Part shown: positions 55,858-64,000 of the stretch, in pieces | How the letters are laid out: each line of letters starts with the position of its first letter | How positions within the stretch are numbered: position 1 is the stretch's first letter | Notes under the pieces: model-generated | Told to the model about the DNA's origin: nothing | Database searches by the model: none | The model's input: the letters and a program-made list of their open reading frames with translations, nothing else | Origin: Octopus bimaculoides | Lineage: Eukaryota | Length of the DNA stretch: 64,000 nt | Direction: 5' to 3' | NCBI RefSeq assembly: GCF_001194135.2 | Contig: NC_068981.1 | Location: 58,049,645 to 58,113,644 of the forward strand | Position numbers and translations under genes: made by a program

Positions 55858-56614
55858 AAAATAATTGCATCAATAAGCTCTAAACATTGTTGAAGAAGGG
55901 CAACTGTTGCATACTGAAAATGTCTACCTTGTGCATCTCTAATATGGCCTCAATGAAGGAGTCTCCAAGTAGTTACTCTATCAGCTATAACTGAAAGTCA
56001 AATTTCTAAATATTGCTTTACTGCCTTAAGAGTGGATAAATACCCCAGCTAAAGTAATTTTGAACATCCCAGGAAAGCTGGAACAGTCACATTGCTGGTT
56101 AAACAATAGATGTTTATCACAGATATATTTTTTCAACACATGTGAATGCCATCAGAAAGCAATAACTCTGTATGATATAAGCTCTGATCCATGAAAAAAG
56201 AAGTGCTTTCCAAATTACTCACACAAATGCGATCAAACAATATCATTTACAAAAATTCTACATAAATACACTAGATTTCACAAATAATCACAAAAGCATA
56301 ATGTACTGTTATTCCTAATGTCAGAACTCCACTTGATACAATTTAAGAATATTGATACTTTAAATACATAAGTAGATCTTATAAACACAAACCAAAACAT
56401 GAAAAATATTTTAATAGAAAATTAAAAAATATCTTTATGGAGCTAAAAAATATCATGCACAAATTCCATGTTGCAATAATTAAGAAAAAAATTTTCCCTT
56501 ACAAGAGACCACATATCCATGAGAATAGACCAAAGAGATTGGACAGACCTTATCACAAGGGAGAAGGCCTCATAACATACATTAAAAAAAAAACATGATG
56601 CAACCATGTATCCA

Positions 56615-56824
56615 TGTGTTTGTTTGAATCAAGTTGGAAGAATATTATTCTTGGCATGGTATTGTAGATATTTCTACATATTTGAAGATCATTTAATATA
56701 TAATGAGAGGGACAGTGTGAGTTGCAGCTTGCTGTAACAAGATAATTTCCTTCTCAAATATTCAGGTAGTCTTTATTTCTTTGTGTTTTGTATTTCACTG
56801 TATAGATCATACTGAATGGATACA
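56615..56824 (-). repeat. Arm B of the 210-bp inverted duplication, bracketed by its own perfect 17-bp inverted repeat (56599-56615 / 56816-56832)
   Basis: tgcaaccatgtatccat and atggatacatggttgca are exact reverse complements. Confidence 0.92.
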
Positions 56825-57289
56825 TGGTTGCAAAAGTGATATTCAAAATGTAATAGGACATTCAACACACTAGAAATGTAGACAGTCATCATCATAATCA
56901 TTTAATGTCTGTTTTCCATGCAGGCATGAACAGTTTGACCAGAACTGGCAAGCTGGAGAGATGTACCAAGCTCCAGTCTGATTTGACTTGGTTTCTATAG
57001 CTGGACACCCTTCCTAATGCCAACCACTTTACAGAGTATGATGGGTGCTTTCTACAAAGCACATTAACATATATCACATCTCATCAGCCATTCCACCAGG
57101 TTACACATCTTAACTACAACATCGTAACACTCTCATAAACAGTATAATTGAAGAATATCTTAATGCACATAACTTATTCTGGTTTTCTGAAAATATTAAT
57201 AATAATTTGAGAAGCAGTAACATCACAAATTATCTCCACATCCAAAACAGGTGACACACTGCACCAAGCCAACTACCATGATTCTTCAA

Positions 57290-58039
57290 CAGACATCACT
57301 TCCTGCTCCACACACCTAACCACCACTAACACTTGGCAAACAATCCTGTTACCCTGAGACTACCTGCCACATATCACAACACACACATGCACATGCACAC
57401 ACATCAAAGAGCAAAGAGAAAACACTTTTTACAAACTAAAAAAAAATTTTAAATACCAGTGGAACCAGTTCCACCAGGAAATAGAATCAAAACTTTCAGA
57501 ATTCAATAACACCAGACCACAAACACCAATTCAGTGAATTATAAATGCTTCTATAAAGCATATTTCACAAGGCAACATAAAAAATAAAACCTCCAGTTAT
57601 TCAACAAAAAAATAACCATCTCCATAAAAAGTAGGGTCAACTTCAAATTCTATACCCATATTGCACACAAAAGAAATAAAATTCAGCATTAAATAGCTAA
57701 AAAAGAAAATAATAAAAAAAAGTAACCATAAAAATACAAAAAGAAACAAACTAGTAAACATTTGTATTTAACAAACCACAAAACAACTGGTAGAATACTA
57801 TATAGAGTAATTAGCATCATCAACAACAATGACTACATCACACTCCATGTTACTCAAATACCTTTAGGCTTTGTAAAATCACAAACAAACCATCTAAAAT
57901 ACCTAGGGCCTGAAGAAATCAATGCATTCATCAACAATTACAACTACTTGTACTAACACTGTTAAATTATGGAAAAATGAAAGCCAGGCAAAAATCATTG
58001 TTCTAAAGCTCAACACAATTTTAAAAAGCCCAACCCTTA

Positions 58040-58120
<81 letters not shown>

Positions 58121-58520
58121 AAATCACAACGTTTGACCACTACATTCCCATGTACCTAGCAGAAAAGATACTTGATGGTTGCAACAACAATAACAAAAGA
58201 AAAACAATTATTCCTGCATACACCATTCTAACTACTAAAGACATACGTAAAATCTTTCACCCATTGCCTTCTAGCTACCTATACACAAAATACTCAACAA
58301 TTCCTTAAGAAACAAATCAAAACACTGGGTAATAAATTACCACACATATATAAATCACAAAAACAACATGTCTAAAGCTTGTAATTTCTCAAATGGTGTA
58401 TCACTCATTTCAGCCTATACAATCTTTCTGCACTGCCTTAAACATACACACAGCTTGAAATACAGATGACAACACACTCACACTCAGCTACTTTTCCTCC
58501 TAACACAACTGCACAACTTG
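57290..58520 (+). mobile_element. Decayed C/A-rich LINE remnant (Jockey/I-like); related pieces at about 52990-54130 and 54480-54700
   Basis: Weak motif traces only (WNQFHQEIESKL..IINASIKHISQGNIK); tgtaatttctcaaatgg is shared by ~54682 and ~58381; strong strand skew. Confidence 0.4.
58042..58120. repeat. (CT)n microsatellite
   Basis: Seen directly. Confidence 0.95.
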
Positions 58521-58529
58521 AAATCCACA

Positions 58530-60345
58530 TCAGTCACATAAGTGGGCTGGCTACACTCCTAGCAGAGGCCTTGGATCATGGTCTCACTTAGCTTGCTGGG
58601 TCTTCTCACGCACAGCATACTTCCAAAGGTCTTGGTCACAAGTCATTGCCTCGGTGAGGCCTAATGTTCGAAGGTTGTGCTTCACCACCTCATCCCATGT
58701 CTTCCTGGGTCTACCTCTTCCACAGGTTCCCTCAACTGCTAGGGTGTGGCACATTTTCACATAGCTATCCTCATCCATATGTGACACATGACCATACCAG
58801 TGCAGTAATCTCTCTTGCACACCACAACTGATGCTTCTTAGGTTCAACTTTTCTCTCAAGGTACTTTCAATCTGTCGAGTATGCACACTGACATTACACA
58901 TCCAGCAGAGCATACTAGCTTCATACCTTGCGAGTTTATGCATGTCCTCAGCAGTCACGGCCCTTGTTTCACTGCCATGTAGCATGGCTGTTTGTATACA
59001 TGCATCATACAGTCTGCCTTTTACTCTGAGTGAGAGGCCCTTTGTCACCAGCAGAGGTAAGAGCTCTCTGAACTTTGCCCAGGCTATTCTTATTCTAGCA
59101 GCTACACTTTCAGCGCACCCTCCCCACTACTAACTTGGTCACCTAGATAGCGGCAGCTATCAACTACGTCTAGTNNNNNNNNNNNNNNNNNNNNNNNNNN
59201 NNNNNNNNNNNNNNNNNNNNNNNNNNNNNNNNNNNNNNNNNNNNNNNNNNNNNNNNNNNNNNNNNNNNNNNNNNNNNNNNNNNNNNNNNNNNNNNNNNNN
59301 NNNNNNNNNNNNNNNNNNNNNNNNNNNNNNNNNNNNNNNNNNNNNNNNNNNNNNNNNNNNNTTACTTCCATACCTGAAACTTCTCCTCTAGTTCTGATAG
59401 TGACTCAGCAATTAGTGCAAGGTCATCAGCATAGAGGAGCTCCCAGGGGCATCCTGTCATGAATTTCTGTGTTATTACCTGGAGGACTATGATAAATAGG
59501 AGGGGGCTGAGGACTGAACCTTGGTGAACCCCTACCTCTACCTGGAATTCTTCACGGTACTCGTTGCCAACCCTCATCTTACTGACAGCGTCTCTGTACA
59601 TGGCTCGCACAGCTCTCACTAACCATTCTTCTATCCCTAGTTTCCTCATTGACCACCAGATAAGGGAGCGGGAGACCCTGTCAAAGGCTTTCTCCATGTC
59701 AACGAAAGTCAGGTACAGAGGTTTATCTTTGGCTAGGTATTTCTCCTGCAGCTGTCTTACTAGAAATATAGCATCAGTGGTGCTTTTCCCTAGAACGAAC
59801 CCAAACTGCATCTCATCTAAACTGACTTTCTCCCTAATTAGTTGGGCTATGACCTTCTCCGTGACTTTCATTGCCTGATCTAACAACTTGATATCTCTAA
59901 TTATTTCTATCTAAAGCATCACCGTTACCTTTGTAGCAGTTGACTATGGTACTGCTGCACCAGTCATTGGGTATGACTCCTTCGTGTATCACCTGGTTAA
60001 CAATACGGGTGACTAGGCTATAGCCTACACTGCCAGATATTTTGAGCATCTCTACAGTGATTCCTGATGGGCTGGGGGCTTTCCCTGTCTTCATACTCTT
60101 AATTGCTTTATCTACCATGGTACTGTCAACTCGGATAGCTGGTCCCTCTGTTGGATTGACATTCGGCAGACTCTCTTACCCCCATTCAGTCTCTTTATTG
60201 AGCAACCTTTTGCAGTGGTGTCTCTAAACCTCTTTCTTTGCAGCCTCGTTTAGTGCAAGTGTACCATCATCCATGCGAACACATTTCTCTCCCACAACAT
60301 CACGATTCTCTCTCACACACTGTCTTGAGTGATATGCAAATAATC
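58530..60345 (-). mobile_element. RTE-clade LINE, 5'-truncated, RT region to 3' end, pseudogenised
   Basis: KAIKSMKTGKAPSPSGIT..., QFGFVLGKSTTDAIFLVRQLQEKY...FVDMEKAFDRV, GVHQGSVLSPLLF, LLYADDL, YLGDQV, WYGHVSHM...GRGRPRKTWDEVV; a few stops and frameshifts. Confidence 0.95.
59175..59361. other. Assembly gap (187 N) inside the RTE element
   Basis: Run of N. Confidence 1.
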
Positions 60346-61459
60346 CATTAAAGCCATTGTGGGCTATACCTGTCCTACTATTACCCCAATATCTCCACAA
60401 CTCATCACTATAAAATACAAACGGCACATTGTGCAACATTGCAGGTTGTACTCAGATCACACTCATAAACAGCCTACTCAACAAAACAAAAAAAATACTA
60501 AAAATATAAAAAACTGCGTAAGTATTCAAGGAGCACAATTTGTTGTCATGAGCTTCAATAAGCACAGCCCTTGTTACTATAAAAAAAAACACCCCCTATT
60601 ATCAAAACATAATATTTCAGGGCATTACTATAACAAATTCCTAAAAATACAATCTCTCTTGCTTCTACCAGATAAGCAACAAAAACTCATTCAAACAGAA
60701 ATAATTGCAACATCAATAACCCCACAAAGTCTGTACTAACTTTTACATTACTAATAATAAATCCAGATAAGTAGCAACTGTTGCACTCTGAATAACTCCA
60801 CTTTGCTGGCATCAACTATAGCCACTGCAAAAATCTACAGGATGCAGAAACAGGTTGGATAGTGAGTGGATAGAGTACATGTTCATATTGTCACATTACA
60901 CCCTATATGATTCATTATTATATGTCAGAGTGTGCACTATGGTTATTAGCAAGATGGAGGCATGATATAATTAGAGCATCAGATCCATGGGTCATGCATA
61001 GTTATTTAACTGCCTAGCTGTGTATCATAAGACTGCTGAATAAAAGCTGACCTGTGGGTTACATAGTAACAAGGATATAGAAACAGACTAGACAACGACA
61101 GAATAGCAACAAGGCCAACCTGTTAAATTATCTCATAGTAAACAACTGTATGTTGGATAAATAATGTAATCCTCAACCAGATAGAGATATCATCTATTTA
61201 GAGTGTTGGATCTATGGACTGCAACTAGCATTTCAACTAACTACCTCTGTGTTGTAAACCTACTAACTCAAGGTTCACTGGACCTATACAACAACAGTAA
61301 AATGGTGAAGAAAAAGGAAAAAGTTAAAACTAAAGAGATTGCAATTCCTGAGGGTTTGAATATTTTAATGCACTTAATGATATTTACCATCTCAAATCTA
61401 AGGCAATGGTAATATTTTGTGGGGCATTGGCATGGGTATGAGCACAGCTGTGGGTATGG

Positions 61460-61866
61460 GTACAGGTATGACTATGTGAAGTTTATTTCTTAACCACATG
61501 GATTTGGGTTCAGTCCCACTACACGATAACTTGCACAAATTTTCTACTATAGTTCCAAGCCAACCAAAGCCTTGTGAGTAAATCTTGGCAGATGGAAACT
61601 GAAAGAAGCCTGTTGTATAAATATGTGTTTCTCTGTGTGTATGTTACTGTCTCCTTGCCTTGTCATCACATGATAGTTGTGAGAGTCACCATTATGCACC
61701 TGGTGTTCTTCATTTCCCCTCATGGGAAAATATTAACTTACTTGGAAACAGAAAAGGGTTGACAACAGGAAGAGAATCTGGCTGTAGAAAATCTGTCTCA
61801 ACAAATTCTGTCCAACCCATGCAAGCCTGGAAAAATGGATGTTAAAACAACGATGATGATGATAAT
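61460..61866 (+). mobile_element. Near full-length CORE-like SINE with RTE-type tail
   Basis: gggttcagtcccactacac...ctactatag...ccaaagccttgtgag...gaaactgaaagaagcc...tgtccaacccatgcaagcctggaaaaatggatgttaaaacaacgatgatgat. Confidence 0.75.
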
Positions 61867-63096
61867 AATTGAAGCAGACTCTCACCATCCGTGTAGTGTC
61901 TCACTTTTTCCAGATAAATATGTTGCAAATCTTTTCTATCCAGAATTGCAACATTCTGGAACTTTCTCTCTGCCCATCTCATTGCAGTTGTTGTTTAGCT
62001 CTAGTTCAGCACTGGCTGAGTAGACCTATGACCGAAGGTATTCCAACGATGACCAAACTCTCTTTTTTTTTAGTTATAGTGTATTTAAGATTGCATTATC
62101 CAGTAACCCCTTATTGCAAAATTGTAGGTTGTAATTTGAAGGAGATTTCACTGCTATTTCTAGCAAGGTAAGCAATTATTTAGAGATGCCTTAGCAGGTT
62201 TTAAGCATACTTTTTCAAACTAAACATCAACATCTCTAGTAACTGAAGGACTCATAAGTTAAATGTGAATGCTACACCTTCTATTCAGAATAAATAAATA
62301 GAATGTGAATCTATCGCTATACTAGATGTCCCCAAACTATAACTATGTACTCTATGTAAATAACTTTCCTTGCAAGCTCAAACTAGAGATAATTACGTCC
62401 ATAGAATATTTACAGTTTGTATGTGAATGACTTAGTCTGGAGAAACATTGCAGTAAATAGTTAATGATTTGTCTTTTATCCTCAGGTTATTTCTGATTTA
62501 TAATTACTACTTTAGTATTAAACATAGTTAATGTGATGCTTCAATGACAGCATATTCAGTTTCTCACAGGATACATCTTTTATATGTAATACATCAATCA
62601 ACTAATTGACTTTGATATAGTATTTATAGATTTAGACAACTTTCTTGTGTTTTATATTTCCAGCTAGACAGATGGATGTTAGTTACAACAGTATACTATA
62701 TTCTAGTTAAACATATGCAATAGTTTATAGAAGATGTAAACAAAACTGGCAACTGAATTCTTTATTCATCAACACAAATAATAAATAGAACATTTCTAAT
62801 ATTTGGTAAGGAAGGTGAGTGCTGATCGGGTGAGGGTCAGTCTATTTTAATAGATTTCTTAATAGACCATATCACTGGATAAATGTAATATCAGGAATTA
62901 AATAATTCAATCGATTTAAATATTTTGTATTTTATATAAACATTTAAAAGAAAATATTTTGTATATTTCAGTTTAACTAATTTAAGATGAAATCTAAAGC
63001 TTAAAATTTTAAAAAAATTTTTATTTAAAATTATAAATGAGTATGCTATAACTCCCTTGTATCCATTAAAAACAAAAAAAAAAGACAAAAACTTAC

Positions 63097-63175
63097 AGTC
63101 AAGTTTTTCGTCCAAGGATCCTCGGGAAGTGATGGAGAGAGCTCGAATGAACTCATTGAAAGTAATAAATCCATC
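63097..63175 (-). CDS. NCS1: Neuronal calcium sensor (NCS-1/frequenin-like), internal coding exon, 79 nt: DGFITFNEFIRALSITSRGSLDEKLD + first base of W. Upstream exons lie outside the window.
   Basis: Acceptor cattgcag|GATGGA and donor GACT|gtaagt. The peptide matches the second half of EF-hand 2 and the linker of NCS-1 (DGxIxFxEFIxALSxTSRGxLDEKLxW). Phase 1 end joins the next exon as T|GG = Trp. Confidence 0.95.
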
Positions 63176-63704
63176 CTGCAATGAAGTTCAGACAATAGAA
63201 AAAAAATCATGAATTTTAATGCTCAGGTTTGGAGGAATTATATCAAATGAGAAAATATATCAAATATATAGGTTTGAGAAGTTTCCGCTTTAAAGATTAA
63301 ATCTTATAAAAGCCCTAAAATCCATTCAATAAGTACTTTTCTTCTTATTTTTCATTTTATGGACTTAAACTCAAGTTTACTGGCAAGAAAATTATTTACT
63401 TTGATTGTGGTACCACAACAAGGCCATGGTTTACTCTACCACCTGCTCCTTGAATTAACTCTGTTGCAACTATTTCTTCTACAATCACATTTCTGCCCAC
63501 ATTGACCTGTACATCATCAGGTTAGGTATTAGCCACATTAGTCCCATCAATACAGGAAATATTCAATCAATATATATGATTAAGCTTTATCTTTTTTAAT
63601 TCATTTTTTATTTCCTTAAACTATAAAACACATATCTGTCAAATGTATTACAAGATAGTAAACAAGCAAAATTCAATTATATTTAAAATCACTGTTTTGA
63701 TTAA

Positions 63705-63927
63705 CCCATTAGTGCCCATGGTCTTTTTTTAGGACCAGAAGGACAATCCATCATATTTCTGCAACATTTGTATTTTTCTGAGATATCTTTAGTTAGTTAT
63801 CAAGACTGGAGTGTCTTTCAAATATTGTAATAAAAGTTTTTTTATATATTTAGTATCAGATAAAGTTATATAAAAAAAGATTTTTGGTTATAAATTAAAT
63901 AAAAAAAATTGGACACTAAATGGCAAA
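63705..63927. mobile_element. Possible piggyBac-type (TTAA) MITE
   Basis: TTAA|CCCATTAGTGCCC at 63701-63717; a degenerate inverted copy tggacactaaatggcaaa at 63910-63927. Confidence 0.4.
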
Positions 63928-64000
63928 CGAATTTTCGAAACTCTTTGTTTGTGTTTAATATACTAACATGTTTTCAAATATGCTGATTTATACCATGGTA

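Noticed and set aside
60975-61000. Minus-strand GACCCATGGATC (DPWI) resembling an NCS C-terminal motif
   Set aside because: Followed at once by TGA, no splice sites, and upstream of the EF-hand 3 exon.

Overview
AT-rich, repeat-dense animal genomic DNA with three assembly gaps. The SINE, RTE and MITE families and the microsatellite load look like Octopus (coleoid cephalopod); this is inferred from repeat appearance, not a database hit. The only host gene I can support is a minus-strand neuronal calcium sensor of the NCS-1/frequenin type. Its last three coding exons are here (63097-63175, 51463-51629, 41722-41820), with GT-AG junctions, matching phases, two complete EF-hand loops and the exon-encoded part of a third; the 5' exons lie beyond the window's right edge. 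The rest is transposon-derived: a deleted Ty3/gypsy element nested in a SINE, a small second LTR element, Tx1/L1, RTE and CR1 LINE pieces, a decayed piggyBac, a FLYWCH/MULE fragment, MITEs, many SINEs and microsatellites. I found no convincing new multi-gene system. The best leads are structural: a ~96%-identical 210-bp inverted duplication in an NCS-1 intron (possible dsRNA/ADAR substrate), an apparently non-autonomous gypsy with TG..TA ends, a microsatellite-embedded Tx1 element, a mini-LTR element carrying an acidic ORF, and a tandem array of degenerate hammerhead-like cores. All alignments and mismatch counts were done by eye.
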